Shown: positions 20,438-32,850, numbered from the stretch's first letter. The stretch is DNA of 64,000 nt from Candidatus Deferrimicrobiaceae bacterium (GCA_963792415.1 CAWBVY010000008.1:43041-107040); one strand, 5' to 3'. The notes: generated by a model not told the origin, from the letters alone. Numbers and translations are program-made.

Positions 20438-21889
20438 TCAGTAGAGAAAGGCGAACCACGGCACGCCGATCAGCAGGTAGGCGGCGATGAAGATCGCACC
20501 GAAAATCGCTCCCATCCGCCAGTAGTCGGCGGAGGGGAGGTACCCGCTGCCGTAGTAGACCGGGGACGGGCCGGTGGCATACGGGGTCTGGATTCCCATG
20601 ATCCCCAGCGTTCCGCACAGCATCATGGCGAACTGCGGCATGTCGATCCCGGGGATCGCCGAACCGACGGCCAGCATCACCGGCAGCACCGCGGTGACGT
20701 GCGCGGTCACGCTGGCGAACATGTAGTGGATGAAGAAGAACATCAGGGTCAGCAGGATCATGGCCATCCGCGGCGAGAGTCCGGTCATGTGACCGCCGAT
20801 CACCTGTGCGAACCATTTGACGAAACCGACCTGGGAGAGTCCCGACGCCAGCGTCACCAGGGTGCCGAACCAGATCAGCGTGTTCCAGGCCTGCTTGTTG
20901 GCCAGGATGTCGTCCCAGGTCACCACCCGCAGGAAGACCATCAGAGCCATCACCGTGATGGCGACGGTGGTCGCGTCGATGAATCTTCCGCCGAAGATCC
21001 ACAGGCCGAGCGCGATCAGCACCAGCACCGCGAGCAGCTTTTCTTTGCCGGTCATCGGCCCCTGCTTCTCCAACTCTTTGGCGGCCCAGGCCGGCACCTC
21101 CGGACCGCCCTTGACCCCCGGCGGGTAGAGGACGTAGCCGATCAGAGGCAGCGTTATCAGCATGAGGATGCCGAAGGGTGCCATGGCGCCGAACCACTGC
21201 ACCCAGCTGATCTGTACGTTGCTGGTCTTCCTCACCAGCTCGACCGCCAGCGGATTGGGCGCCAGGCCGGTCAGGAACAGGGTGCTGGTGACGCACGTCG
21301 CCGATATCGCCATCCACATCAGGTAGGAGCCCATGCGCCGCGCCGAAGGGTCGTTGGGTTTGGAATCGTACAGCTCCGGCAGGTTGCGGATCACGGGGTA
21401 GATGGTGCCGCCGCTGCGGGCGGTGTTGGACGGCGTGAACGGCGCGATGATCAGGTCGGCGATGGTGACCGCGTAGCCCAGCGTCAGGGTGCGCTTCCCC
21501 ATCAGCTTCACCAGTTGCAGCGCGATGCGCTTTCCCAGTCCGCTCTTCTCGTAGCCGAGGGCGAACATGAACGCCGCGAAGATCAGCCACACGGTGGAGT
21601 TGGAAAAGCCTGACAGCCCCCACTTGATCGCCTCGGCGGCCGGCTTGAATCCGGCCTTGGCGAGCTGCTCGGGAGTGAAGAGGACGAACCGCGACAGGAC
21701 CATCACCAGCACGACGCCGATCAACCCCACGACGGCCCCGGGGAGATTCTCGATGATGAGACCGGCGATGACGCCGGCAAAGATGGCGAAGTAGTACCAG
21801 GCGTGGGGAGCCAGTCCCTCCGGCGGCGGGATCAGCGCCAGTACGACAGCCACACTGACGGGAGCGAAATGTTTCCAGGTGATTTTCAC
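20438..21889 (-). CDS. DASS-family di/tricarboxylate carrier (CitT/TtdT-like)
   Basis: PSNTARSGG, LFLTGLAPN, HYMFASVTAH, TPYATGPSPVYYGSGY. Confidence 0.9.
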   Translation of the reverse strand: MKITWKHFAPVSVAVVLALIPPPEGLAPHAWYYFAIFAGVIAGLIIENLPGAVVGLIGVVLVMVLSRFVLFTPEQLAKAGFKPAAEAIKWGLSGFSNSTVWLIFAAFMFALGYEKSGLGKRIALQLVKLMGKRTLTLGYAVTIADLIIAPFTPSNTARSGGTIYPVIRNLPELYDSKPNDPSARRMGSYLMWMAISATCVTSTLFLTGLAPNPLAVELVRKTSNVQISWVQWFGAMAPFGILMLITLPLIGYVLYPPGVKGGPEVPAWAAKELEKQGPMTGKEKLLAVLVLIALGLWIFGGRFIDATTVAITVMALMVFLRVVTWDDILANKQAWNTLIWFGTLVTLASGLSQVGFVKWFAQVIGGHMTGLSPRMAMILLTLMFFFIHYMFASVTAHVTAVLPVMLAVGSAIPGIDMPQFAMMLCGTLGIMGIQTPYATGPSPVYYGSGYLPSADYWRMGAIFGAIFIAAYLLIGVPWFAFLY

Positions 21890-22067
21890 GGTGTCCTCCC
21901 TTTCGTCAGAGCGATTATTTCAACAGTACCGGCTGTTTGTGCCCTCCGTGGAGCGGAACTTCGATAAGTCTATCTTTATTTGTTGATTGGCACAATTTTC
22001 ACCCCGGATGTGGCACAACGGCTCGAAGTCATCGATCTTCGCGGCTGACGGGATGTCCCCCCGAAAA

Positions 22068-22096
22068 TTGACATCCCGCCACGACAATCGGACAAT
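22068..22096 (+). promoter_or_regulatory. Putative sigma-70 promoter of the ackA-pta-ED operon
   Basis: TTGACA-17 bp-GACAAT. Confidence 0.55.
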
Positions 22097-22173
22097 CCGC
22101 CTGTCGGGACGCAAACCGGCAGGCGATCGCCCTCCGGCGAGGGCACAGTCCGGCGCGGCATGGGAGGCGCGGC

Positions 22174-23385
22174 ATGGGCAGCGGGTCCATCCTGGTCGTA
22201 AACGCAGGCTCGTCGAGCCTGAAGTTCTCGCTCTTCCGCGTGGACGATGCCGCGGGCCTGCACCTGGCCGCCCGCGGACAGCTGGACGGTATCGGCACCC
22301 GGCCGCGCCTGAAGGCCAGCGACGGCGCGGGCACCCCGCTGGTCGACAGCGAGATCGCGGTCTCGGAGGCGCGCGAGGTGAAGGATGCGGTCGGACTCAC
22401 CGGCGCCTGGCTGCGGACCCAGTTCACGGGCGAACCGCTGCTCGCCGTGGGCCACCGCGTGGTTCACGGCGGCGCGGAGTTCTCCCGCCCGGTGCTGGTC
22501 GACGTTCCGGTGCTCTCCGAACTCGAGCGCCTGGTCCCGCTCGCCCCGCTGCATCAGCCGCACAATCTGGCGGCGATCCGGATGCTGCGCGAGACGCAGC
22601 CGCAGATGCCGCAAGTCGCCTGCTTCGACACGGCCTTCCACCGCGCCCACCCGCAGCTCGCCGATCTCTACGCGCTTCCCTGGGAGTACTACGAGGCCGG
22701 GGTCCGCCGCTACGGGTTTCACGGGTTGTCCTACGAATACATCGCCACGGCACTGCCGAAGGTCGCGCCCGGGATCGCGGACGGGCGCGTCGTCGTCGCG
22801 CACCTCGGCAGCGGCGCGAGCCTCTGCGCCATGCGCGCCGGGGTGAGCGTGGACTCGACGATGGGCTTCTCGACGCTCGACGGCGTGCCGATGGGCACGC
22901 GACCGGGCGGGATCGACCCCGGCGTCCTGCTGTACCTTGTCGCCCAGCGGGGCATGCCGCCCGCCGAGCTGGAAAAGCTGTTGTACAAGGATTCCGGGCT
23001 GCTCGGCCTCTCCGGCGTCAGCAACGACATGCGCGTGCTGCTCGAGAGCCGCGAGCCGCGGGCGCGGATCGCGGTCGATTACTTCGTCTACCGCGTCGCC
23101 CGGGAGATCGGTGCGCTCGCCGCGACGCTCGGCGGCGTCGACGGGCTGGTGTTCACGGCGGGCATCGGGGAGAACTCGGCGGAAATCCGCGCGCGGATCG
23201 TCGACGCCTGCGCCTGGCTGGGCGTGACGCTGGATGCCGAGGCCAACCGGCGCGGCGGTCCCCGCATCTCGCCGGACGGCGGCGCCGTCTCGGCCTGGGT
23301 GGTGCCGACCAACGAGGAGCTGATGATCGCCCGGCACACCCACGCCCTCGTGGCGGGTGCGCGGCGGCGGGACCCGGCTCGTTGA
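22174..23385 (+). CDS. ackA: Acetate/propionate kinase
   Basis: NAGSSSLK, GHRVVHGG, FDTAFH, RRYGFHGLSY, FTAGIGENS, PTNEE. Confidence 0.95.
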   Translation: MGSGSILVVNAGSSSLKFSLFRVDDAAGLHLAARGQLDGIGTRPRLKASDGAGTPLVDSEIAVSEAREVKDAVGLTGAWLRTQFTGEPLLAVGHRVVHGGAEFSRPVLVDVPVLSELERLVPLAPLHQPHNLAAIRMLRETQPQMPQVACFDTAFHRAHPQLADLYALPWEYYEAGVRRYGFHGLSYEYIATALPKVAPGIADGRVVVAHLGSGASLCAMRAGVSVDSTMGFSTLDGVPMGTRPGGIDPGVLLYLVAQRGMPPAELEKLLYKDSGLLGLSGVSNDMRVLLESREPRARIAVDYFVYRVAREIGALAATLGGVDGLVFTAGIGENSAEIRARIVDACAWLGVTLDAEANRRGGPRISPDGGAVSAWVVPTNEELMIARHTHALVAGARRRDPAR

Positions 23386-23402
23386 CCGGGGGGAGGCGGA
23401 AG

Positions 23403-25502
23403 ATGTCGAACAGCGTGTACATCACCGGGACAGGGCCGGGGAGCGGAAAATCCGTCGTCGTGCTCGGGGTGATGGAGCTGCTCGCCGGGCACGGACGGAA
23501 GATCGGCTTCTTTCGTCCCGTCGTCGGGGAAGGGGCGACCTCCGACCCCCTGGCGGCGCTCGTCAGGGGCCGGTACGGGATCGCGGACCCGTCCGAAAGC
23601 ACGTTCGGGGTCACCGGCGGGACGGCGCGGGAGCTGATCGCCGGAGGCAGGGAAGACGAGTTGTACGGGCGAATCCTCGAGAAGCACCGGGATCTCGCGC
23701 GCGGGTGCGATTTCGTCGTCTGCGCGGGCACCGATTACCGGTACCTGCACGTCGCGCTCGAGTTCGAGTTCAACGTCGAGGTGGCACGGAACCTCGGCGC
23801 ACCGCTCCTGGCCGTCGTTGCCGGTCAGGGGAGGGCCGGCGGGGAGATCGTCGTCGCCGTGCGCGCGCTGGCGGAATCCCTCGAGGAAAGGAAGTGCGAC
23901 GTCCTCGCGGTGATCGTCAACCGGGTGGCACCCGGTGACGCGGCCGGGGCGGCTGCGGGACTTCGGGAAAGCGCGCCCGACGGTATTCCCGTGTTCGTCC
24001 TGCCGGAGCACCCCCTCCTCGACAAGCCCACGGTCGGCGAGATACGGACGGCGCTCGGCGCCGAGATGCTCCACGGGGACGAGCAGCGGCTCGACCGGGA
24101 GGTGCTTCACTACAAGGTCGGGGCGATGGAGCTGCCCCACTTCCTGGACCACCTGGAGGAGGGGAGCCTGGTCATCACGCCCGGCGACCGCTCGGACATC
24201 CTGATCGGGACGCTCCTGGCCGATGCGGCCACGTCCTATCCGGGTGTCGCCGGAGTCGTCCTTACCGGAGGTCTCAGGCCGGCGCCCCAGGTGCAGCGTC
24301 TCCTCGCGGGATTGAGACGGTCCCCGGTGCCCATCGTCGTCGTGGGGACGGACACCTTTGCGACGGCCACGACGGTCGACTCCCTTCACGTGGGGTTCGC
24401 CCCGGGGAATCCGAGGAAGATCGCCCGGGCCCTCGGTGTTTTCGAATCCAACGTCGACCTGGGCCGGCTGAAGCGGCGGATCGCCGTCATGCCCTCCGGC
24501 CGTGTCACGCCGCTGATGTTCCAGCAGGAACTTCTGAGCCGTGCCCGGGCGCAGCGACGGCACATCGTCCTTCCCGAAGGAACCGAGGAGCGGATCCTCA
24601 GGGCGGCGGAGATCCTGTGCCTGCGGGATGCCGTGGACCTCACGCTGCTCGGGAATCGCGGCGAGGTCGAGGACAGGATCGCCTCCCTCGGGTTGTCCCT
24701 CGGCGGTGTGCGCCGCGTCGACCCCGTCTCGTCGGAGCTCCGGGAGGATTTCGGAAAGACCTATTATGAACTCCGCAAGCACAAGGGGATCTCCCCGGAG
24801 ATGGCCCTCGACGCCATGACCGACGTGAGCGCCTTCGGGACCATGATGGTCCATCGGGGGATTGCCGACGGGATGGTTTCCGGGGCGGTCCACACGACGC
24901 AGCACACCATCCGCCCGGCCCTGGAGTTCGTCAGGACCCGCCCGGGATGCCCGATCGTTTCGAGCGTGTTCTTCATGTGCCTTCCGGACCGGGTCCTCGT
25001 GTACGGCGACTGCGCCATCAATCCAGACCCCGACGCCGAACAGCTCGCGCACATCGCCGTCAGCTCCGCCGATACCGCCCGGAGCTTCGGCATCGAGCCC
25101 CGCGTCGCGATGCTGTCGTACTCGACGGGGGAGTCCGGGAAGGGGGCCGACGTCGACAAGGTGAAGGAGGCGACCCGGATCGCCAGGCGGCTTCGCCCGG
25201 ATCTTCTGCTCGAAGGGCCCATCCAGTACGACGCGGCCATCGACCCCGACGTGGCCAGGGTGAAGCTGCCCGGCAGCGAGGTCGCGGGGCGCGCGACCGT
25301 CTTCATCTTCCCCGATCTCGACGCCGGCAACAATGCGTACAAGGCCGTCCAGCGCGCGGCGGACGCCGTCGCGATCGGGCCGGTGCTGCAGGGGTTGAAC
25401 AAACCGGTGAACGACTTGAGCCGCGGCTGCACCGTCACCGACATCGTCAACACCGTCGTCATCACCGCCATCCAGGCACAGCAGGGTGGAGGCGCCGGAT
25501 AA
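23403..25502 (+). CDS. pta: Phosphate acetyltransferase, long form (BioD-like/DRTGG + PTA)
   Basis: GSGKS, ITPGDRSD, IVLPEG, DCAINPDP, VNDLSRGC; start ATG 23403. Confidence 0.95.
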   Translation: MSNSVYITGTGPGSGKSVVVLGVMELLAGHGRKIGFFRPVVGEGATSDPLAALVRGRYGIADPSESTFGVTGGTARELIAGGREDELYGRILEKHRDLARGCDFVVCAGTDYRYLHVALEFEFNVEVARNLGAPLLAVVAGQGRAGGEIVVAVRALAESLEERKCDVLAVIVNRVAPGDAAGAAAGLRESAPDGIPVFVLPEHPLLDKPTVGEIRTALGAEMLHGDEQRLDREVLHYKVGAMELPHFLDHLEEGSLVITPGDRSDILIGTLLADAATSYPGVAGVVLTGGLRPAPQVQRLLAGLRRSPVPIVVVGTDTFATATTVDSLHVGFAPGNPRKIARALGVFESNVDLGRLKRRIAVMPSGRVTPLMFQQELLSRARAQRRHIVLPEGTEERILRAAEILCLRDAVDLTLLGNRGEVEDRIASLGLSLGGVRRVDPVSSELREDFGKTYYELRKHKGISPEMALDAMTDVSAFGTMMVHRGIADGMVSGAVHTTQHTIRPALEFVRTRPGCPIVSSVFFMCLPDRVLVYGDCAINPDPDAEQLAHIAVSSADTARSFGIEPRVAMLSYSTGESGKGADVDKVKEATRIARRLRPDLLLEGPIQYDAAIDPDVARVKLPGSEVAGRATVFIFPDLDAGNNAYKAVQRAADAVAIGPVLQGLNKPVNDLSRGCTVTDIVNTVVITAIQAQQGGGAG

Positions 25503-25567
25503 AGTCGGGCCCGACTGTGTCACAATGGGTTTCAACGCAAGGCGGGAAAGAGGAGCGACAGGGAACC

Positions 25568-27019
<1,452 letters not shown>

Positions 27020-27055
27020 CCGCGCCGGCGCGCCGCCGGGGAGAGGAGAGCGATC

Positions 27056-28915
27056 ATGCGGCAGGAAGTCCTCGAGGTCACCGGGCGGATCGTCCGCCGC
27101 AGTCGCGAGCGTCGCGCCCGGTACCTGCGGAACATGGACAAGGCCCTGGCGGCCGGGCCGTCCCGGAACCGTCTCCCGGCCAGCAACCTGGCGCACGCCA
27201 TGGCGGTCTGCCGGGGGGAGGATCGGGAGCGCATGCGCGACGGCCGCTCCCCCCACATCGCCATCGTCACCTCCTACAACGACCTGCTCTCGGCCCACCA
27301 CACCTACGAGAGCTACCCCGCGATCCTCAAGAGGGCGGTGGCCGCGGCCGGCGGCGTGGCCCAGGTCGCGGCCGGCGTGCCCGCGATGTGCGACGGGATC
27401 ACGCAGGGCGAGCCGGGGATGGACCTGAGCCTCCTCAGCCGCGATGTGATCGCGATGGCGACGGTGATCGGCCTCTCCCACAACGTGTTCGACGGCGCAC
27501 TGCTGCTCGGCATCTGCGACAAGATCCTGCCGGGGCTGCTGATGGGGGCGCTGCAGTTCGGGCACCTGCCGGTGGTCCTGGTTCCGGGAGGCCCCATGCG
27601 CTCGGGGCTTTCCAACAAGGAGAAGGCGCACGCCCGGGAGCTCTTCGCCGAGGGCAGGATCGGCCCGGAGGAGATGCTGGAGGTGGAGTGCCGCTCGTAC
27701 CACGGCGCCGGGACCTGCACCTTCTACGGCACCGCCAACAGCAACCAGCTCGTCGCGGAGATGCTGGGGCTGCACCTGCCCGGCGCCTCCTTCGTCAACC
27801 CCGACGACCCGCTGCGGGAGGCGCTCACCGTCGCCGCCGCCGCGCGGGTCGCCGGCATGACCCACCTGGGGGAGGCCTACGCCCCGATCGGCCGGATCGT
27901 CAGCGAGAAGTCCGTGGTGAACGCCATCGTCGGGGTCCTGGCCACGGGAGGCTCCACGAACCAGACCATGCACCTGGTGGCCGTGGCCAGGGCCGCCGGC
28001 ATCCGCATCACCTGGGACGATTTCTCCGACCTCTCCCGGACGGTGCCCCTGCTGGTGCGGATCTACCCCAACGGGCCCGGGGACATCAACACGTTTCAGC
28101 AGGCGGGCGGCATGGCGGCGCTCGTCGCGGAGCTCCTGGACGGCGGCTATCTGCACGACGACGTGCAGACCGTCGCGGGACGGGGGCTGGAAGCGTACTC
28201 CCACAGGCCGGTGCTCGACGGGGGCGCCCTGACGTGGCGGGCGGAGACGGAGCGCTCTTCGGATCCCGCGGTGATCGCCCCGCAGGGAGCGCCGTTCTCG
28301 CCCGTGGGCGGTCTCAAGGTCCTCTCCGGCAACCTCGGCCGGGCCGTCATCAAGGTGTCCGCTCTCGCGGACGGGGCCGACACGGTCATCGAGGCCCCCG
28401 CCATGGTCTTCCACACCCAGGAGGAGCTCGCCGCGGCCTTCCGGGAGGGCCGGCTGAACCGCGACCTCGTCGCGGTGGTGCGCTTCCAGGGCCCCCGGGC
28501 AACGGGGATGCCGGAGCTCCACAAGCTGATCACGCCGCTTTCCGTGGTGATGGACCACGGCCACCGGGTGGCCATGGTGACGGACGGCAGGCTCTCCGGC
28601 GCCTCCGGCAAGGTGCCCGCCGCCATCCACGTGACGCCGGAGGCGCTCTGCGGCGGCGTGCTCGCCAAGGTGCGGGACGGCGACCGGGTCCGTATCGACG
28701 TCGGGGCCGGCAGGCTCGACCTGCTGCTCGACGACGCGGCGATTGCGGCGAGGGAGTACGCCGACCCCGGCGTGAGGGAGGTCCGCTACGGCACCGGCCG
28801 GCATATCTTCGCCCCGCTCCGCGGCAACCTGCAGAGCGCCGAGGAGGGCGCGAGTTCGCTGTTCACCTACGTCCACGAGAAGTCCGAGGTGCACATCCCG
28901 TTCGGGGAGGAGTGA
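27056..28915 (+). CDS. edd: Phosphogluconate dehydratase
   Basis: [46 protein letters not shown]. Confidence 0.96.
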   Translation: MRQEVLEVTGRIVRRSRERRARYLRNMDKALAAGPSRNRLPASNLAHAMAVCRGEDRERMRDGRSPHIAIVTSYNDLLSAHHTYESYPAILKRAVAAAGGVAQVAAGVPAMCDGITQGEPGMDLSLLSRDVIAMATVIGLSHNVFDGALLLGICDKILPGLLMGALQFGHLPVVLVPGGPMRSGLSNKEKAHARELFAEGRIGPEEMLEVECRSYHGAGTCTFYGTANSNQLVAEMLGLHLPGASFVNPDDPLREALTVAAAARVAGMTHLGEAYAPIGRIVSEKSVVNAIVGVLATGGSTNQTMHLVAVARAAGIRITWDDFSDLSRTVPLLVRIYPNGPGDINTFQQAGGMAALVAELLDGGYLHDDVQTVAGRGLEAYSHRPVLDGGALTWRAETERSSDPAVIAPQGAPFSPVGGLKVLSGNLGRAVIKVSALADGADTVIEAPAMVFHTQEELAAAFREGRLNRDLVAVVRFQGPRATGMPELHKLITPLSVVMDHGHRVAMVTDGRLSGASGKVPAAIHVTPEALCGGVLAKVRDGDRVRIDVGAGRLDLLLDDAAIAAREYADPGVREVRYGTGRHIFAPLRGNLQSAEEGASSLFTYVHEKSEVHIPFGEE

Positions 28916-29566
28916 TGGAAGCGAAGAGACAGGTGGCGGATCCAGCCGGGGGAGGTCCTGCGCCAGGGGCCGGTGGTGCCGGTCATGGTCATTCACAAGC
29001 TGGAGCACGCGGTACCCCTGGCGAACGCCCTGCTGGCCGGCGGCATCCGCGTGCTGGAGATCACGCTGCGCACGCCCGTGGCCGTGGAGTCGATCCGTGC
29101 CATCCGGCGCGAGGTCCCCGACGCGATCGTCGGCGCCGGCACCGTGACGCGCGGCGAGGAGCTGGACGCGGTCGCCGCGGCCGGGGCGGCCTTCGCCATC
29201 AGCCCGGGACTGACCGCGGAGCTGCTCGACGCGGCCAATCGGGGCCCCATCCCCCTGATCCCCGGCATCGCGACGGTATCGGAGCTGATGACCGGGGTGG
29301 CGCGGGGGTACGACCACTTCAAGTTCTTCCCGGCCGAGGCCGCGGGCGGCGTGAGGATGGTCCAGGCCATCGCCGGGCCCTTCCCCGGGATCACCTTCTG
29401 CCCAACGGGAGGGATCACGCCGGCCAACTACCGGGAGTACCTCGCGCTGGACAACGTCGCCTGCGTCGGCGGCTCGTGGGTCGCGCCGCAGGGGGCGATG
29501 GACCAGGGGGACTGGGCGCGGATCACGGCGCTCGCGCGCGAGGCCGTCGGAAGATCGGGGCGGTGA
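28915..29566 (+). CDS. eda: KDPG/KHG aldolase (probable +1 frameshift after coupled TGATG start)
   Basis: [32 protein letters not shown]. Confidence 0.93.
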
Positions 29567-29570
29567 GGCG

Positions 29571-30557
29571 ATGATGATCCTGGCGGGAGACATCGGCGGC
29601 ACGAACACGAGGCTGGCGTTCGTCGACGCAGCCTCGGGGGGGATGCGGATCCTCGTCAAGAAGACCTTCCCGAGCCGCGAGCGGTCGAGCCTCGAAGCGG
29701 CGCTCGCGGAGTTCCTCTCCCTGCACCGCGCCGCTTTCACCAGGGCTTCCTTCGGCATCGCCGGCCCGGTGCGCAACGGACGCTGCGAGGCCACGAACCT
29801 CCCCTGGGTGGTCGACGCGAAGAGCGTCGCGAAGCGGCTGCGCCTGAAGCGCGTCGGCCTGATCAACGACCTGGTGGCCAACGCCTACGGGATCGCGACG
29901 CTCCGGGCGAAGGACTTCGTCACCCTGAACAGAGGCGCCCGCAACGCAAAAGGGAACCAGGCGCTCATCTCCGCCGGCACGGGCCTCGGCGAGGCGGGCC
30001 TGCTCTGGGACGGCAAGACGCACCGGCCGTTCGGCTCGGAGGGCGGGCACGCGGACTTCGCCCCCCGCAACCGCCTCGAGATGGAGTTTCTCGACCACCT
30101 GATGAAGCGCCACGGGCGGGTGAGCTACGAGCGACTCGTCTCGGGGCCGGGGATCGTGAACGCGTATCGCTTCCTGAGGGACACGGGGAAGGGCGAGGAG
30201 CCGCCCTGGCTGGCGGAGCAAATGCGCCACGGCGACCCGGCTCCCGTCATCTCGCAGCACGCCCTGGACGGGAAGAGCCCGCTGTGCGTCCAGGCGCTCG
30301 ATCTCTTCGTGTCCGTCTACGGCGCCCAGGCCGGAAACCTGGCGCTCACGATCATGGCGACCGGCGGCGTGTACCTGGGCGGCGGCATCGCCCCGAAGAT
30401 CGTCTCGAAGCTGAAGGAGCCCGGGTTCATGAACGCGTTCACGGCGAAGGGGCGGCTGAGCCCGCTGCTCAGGGACATCCCCGTCCGGGTGATCATGAAC
30501 CCGCAGACCGCCCTCCTCGGCGCCGCCCGACACGCTGCGTTGGGGCTGGCGGAATGA
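29571..30557 (+). CDS. glk: Glucokinase
   Basis: LAGDIGGTNTR, AGTGLGE, SEGGH, ERLVSGPG, YLGGGIAPKI. Confidence 0.95.
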   Translation: MMILAGDIGGTNTRLAFVDAASGGMRILVKKTFPSRERSSLEAALAEFLSLHRAAFTRASFGIAGPVRNGRCEATNLPWVVDAKSVAKRLRLKRVGLINDLVANAYGIATLRAKDFVTLNRGARNAKGNQALISAGTGLGEAGLLWDGKTHRPFGSEGGHADFAPRNRLEMEFLDHLMKRHGRVSYERLVSGPGIVNAYRFLRDTGKGEEPPWLAEQMRHGDPAPVISQHALDGKSPLCVQALDLFVSVYGAQAGNLALTIMATGGVYLGGGIAPKIVSKLKEPGFMNAFTAKGRLSPLLRDIPVRVIMNPQTALLGAARHAALGLAE

Positions 30558-30626
30558 CGACGAAATGGCGAAATATCGCCACCGACGGGGTGTTCTTCAA
30601 ATATGGGGCATAGTACGATATCCGGC

Positions 30627-32252
30627 ATGAAACAGAACATCCTCCCGACGGCAGCGCCCCCCGCCCCCCCGCGTCGCTCCCTGGAAGGGCGCCTGCGATT
30701 CGAGACGCTGCTGGCCGATCTGTCGGCACGTTTCGTCAACCTGCCGGCGGACCAGCTGGATGCCGCCATCGAGGATGCCCAGCGACGGGTTTGCGAATGC
30801 CTGGACCTCGATCTCTCCCTGCTCTGGCAGCTGCCCCCGGACCATACGGACACGATGTTCCTGACCCATAGACATCTGCCCCCGGGGTTTCCTCCCTTGC
30901 CGGAGGCCTGGGACTGCAAGGAGAATTTTCCGTGGGCCCTGGAGAGATTCCTCGTGGGCGAGACCATCGTCCTGTCCCGGATGACGGATGCTCCCGCCGA
31001 GGCCGCTCTCGACGTGGAGGTCGTGCGCCGGTTCGGCGTCAAATCGCTCGTGGCCATCCCACTGGCCACGGGGGGCGGTCCGACCTTCGGCGCGCTGAAT
31101 TTCGATGTCGTCCGGGAAGAGCGGGAGTGGCCGTCGGAACTCGTCGCCCGGCTGAAGCTTGTCGCGGACGTGTTCGCCAACGCCCTCGCCCGCAAGCGCG
31201 ATGAGGAGGCGCTGCGGGAAAGGGATGCGCAGCTTCGGCAGACGCTGGAGGAGGTGCGGCGGCTTCGCGACCGGCTGCAGGTGGAGAACGTGTACCTGCG
31301 GGAGCAGCTTCGACGGGACGACGGGCACGCATCCATCGTTGGCGAGAGCGACGGAATCCTGAAGATGCTCGCGCAGGCGAAGCGGGTGGCGCCGACGGAC
31401 GCGGCGGTGCTCATCACCGGCGAGACGGGCACGGGCAAGGAGTTGCTCGCGCAGGCGATTCACGACATGAGCGGCCGCAGCGCGAAGACCATGGTGATCG
31501 TCAACTGCGCCGCCCTGCCGCCGCCGCTGATCGAGAGCGAGCTGTTCGGGCGGGAGAAGGGCGCCTACACCGGGGCGATGACCCGTCAGGTCGGCCGCTT
31601 CGAAGTGGCGGACGGTTCGACGCTCTTTCTCGACGAGATCGGGGACCTTCCCACCGATCTCCAGGTCAAGCTGCTGCGCGTGCTGCAGGACGGACGGTTC
31701 GAGCGGCTGGGAAGCAACCGCACCCTCACGGCGAACGTCCGGGTGATCGCCGCCACGAACCACGACCTGGGCGCCATGGTCCGGGACGGCAGGTTCCGGG
31801 AGGACCTGTTCCATCGCCTCAACGTCTTTCCGGTCGAGGTGCCCCCGTTGCGCGCCAGGGTCTCCGACATTCCGCTCCTGGTCTGGAACTTCGTGCAGGA
31901 GTTCAACAAGAAGATGGGGAAGTCGATCGACTCGATCCCCACGCAAGCCATGGAGCGGCTCAAGCAGTTCCCGTGGCCGGGCAATGTCCGCGAACTGCGG
32001 AATCTGATCGAGCGGGCGATGATCGTCAGCGACGGCCGCTCGTTGACCATCGACTTTCCGGCCGGCACCCGGGGACCGACCTCGATCCCCGTCACGCTGG
32101 AGGAGGTCGAGCGAAAGCATATCCGCGAGGTGCTGAAACGCGTGCATTGGAGGATCAGCGGCAAGGGGGGCGCGGCCGAGATCCTCGGGCTTCGTCCCAC
32201 CACGCTCCATTCGCGGATGAAGAAGCTGGGCATTTCCCGCCCAAGGCTCTGA
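30627..32252 (+). CDS. Sigma-54-dependent activator, GAF + AAA+ + HTH (FhlA-like)
   Basis: [35 protein letters not shown]-terminal [11 protein letters not shown]. Confidence 0.92.
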   Translation: MKQNILPTAAPPAPPRRSLEGRLRFETLLADLSARFVNLPADQLDAAIEDAQRRVCECLDLDLSLLWQLPPDHTDTMFLTHRHLPPGFPPLPEAWDCKENFPWALERFLVGETIVLSRMTDAPAEAALDVEVVRRFGVKSLVAIPLATGGGPTFGALNFDVVREEREWPSELVARLKLVADVFANALARKRDEEALRERDAQLRQTLEEVRRLRDRLQVENVYLREQLRRDDGHASIVGESDGILKMLAQAKRVAPTDAAVLITGETGTGKELLAQAIHDMSGRSAKTMVIVNCAALPPPLIESELFGREKGAYTGAMTRQVGRFEVADGSTLFLDEIGDLPTDLQVKLLRVLQDGRFERLGSNRTLTANVRVIAATNHDLGAMVRDGRFREDLFHRLNVFPVEVPPLRARVSDIPLLVWNFVQEFNKKMGKSIDSIPTQAMERLKQFPWPGNVRELRNLIERAMIVSDGRSLTIDFPAGTRGPTSIPVTLEEVERKHIREVLKRVHWRISGKGGAAEILGLRPTTLHSRMKKLGISRPRL

Positions 32253-32283
32253 CTGCAGGCTCTCTCCCTGTCCATACAGGGTA

Positions 32284-32428
32284 ACGATATGTCGTAACTT
32301 TGTCGAGATTTCGCTAAAACCGAACTGCACCCCCCCCCCGCCTATCAGGAAAATAACAAAGAAAAACGAATTGAAACAAATGGTTGTAGAGATGCCCCCA
32401 GGCCATCGTCCGGTGGTACGAATAGTGC
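32284..32428 (+). promoter_or_regulatory. Sigma-54 promoter with putative UAS and IHF site
   Basis: TGGTACG-AATA-GTGC at 32414-32428 with correct GG/GC spacing; IHF-like AAACAA-ATGG-TTG at 32374-32386 after an A-tract; palindromes at 32284-32295 and 32304-32313. Confidence 0.7.
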
Positions 32429-32487
32429 GTTACCAGTCTCCATGATTTCCGGAGACAGGTAAGATTCTGACGACCTGCGCGATCGAC

Positions 32488-32811
32488 ATGCATTTCGCGT
32501 CCAAGGACGTGGAGCACGCGGTCCTGCTGCTCCTCTCCGTCAAGGAGAACATCCGGGCGAAGCACGGCTGCCGCGCCTGCAAGGTCGGGTTGGATGCCAC
32601 CGATGCAAATATCGTCCATTACTTCGAGGAGTGGGAATCGGCGGAGCTCTTCCAGAAGCACATCCCGTCGGAAGAGTTCCGGCGTGTCCTCATTGCGATG
32701 GACCTGTGCTGCGAGGAACCCCGGATCGTGACAGGGGACCTGTCCGGGCACACCGGGTTGGAATATCTGCGCAAACTGCGGGAAGAAAAGGACAGGATAC
32801 TGATCGCCTGA
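32488..32811 (+). CDS. ABM (antibiotic biosynthesis monooxygenase)-fold small protein
   Basis: GC..C, YFEEWES.E.FQKH..SEEFR pattern; start may lie slightly upstream. Confidence 0.7.
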   Translation: MHFASKDVEHAVLLLLSVKENIRAKHGCRACKVGLDATDANIVHYFEEWESAELFQKHIPSEEFRRVLIAMDLCCEEPRIVTGDLSGHTGLEYLRKLREEKDRILIA

Positions 32812-32850
32812 CCGGAACGGGAAAGGAATCCACACACGGAGGAGGACGTC

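Noticed and set aside
19065-21623. 852-aa ORF suggesting an extended RND adaptor
   Set aside because: The N-terminal part is an off-frame read of the DASS gene; the adaptor begins near 20283
21988-22025. TGGCAC sequences as sigma-54 promoters
   Set aside because: No GC at the -12 position with the required spacing
22081-22125. Resemblance to a c-di-GMP-I/GEMM riboswitch (ACGACAAT..GGGACGCAAA)
   Set aside because: Lacks the GNRA-capped P2 and receptor; folds better as a simple hairpin
21987-23402. N-terminal extensions of the pta and zwf ORFs in the track
   Set aside because: Off-frame reads of the upstream genes; RBS-supported starts are at 23403 and 25568
28913-28972. edd stop TGA is in frame with the eda coding region, suggesting a Sec/readthrough Edd-Eda fusion
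   Set aside because: A TGATG coupled start with RBS GGAGG is present, there is no clear SECIS hairpin, and a single +1 error like the others explains it
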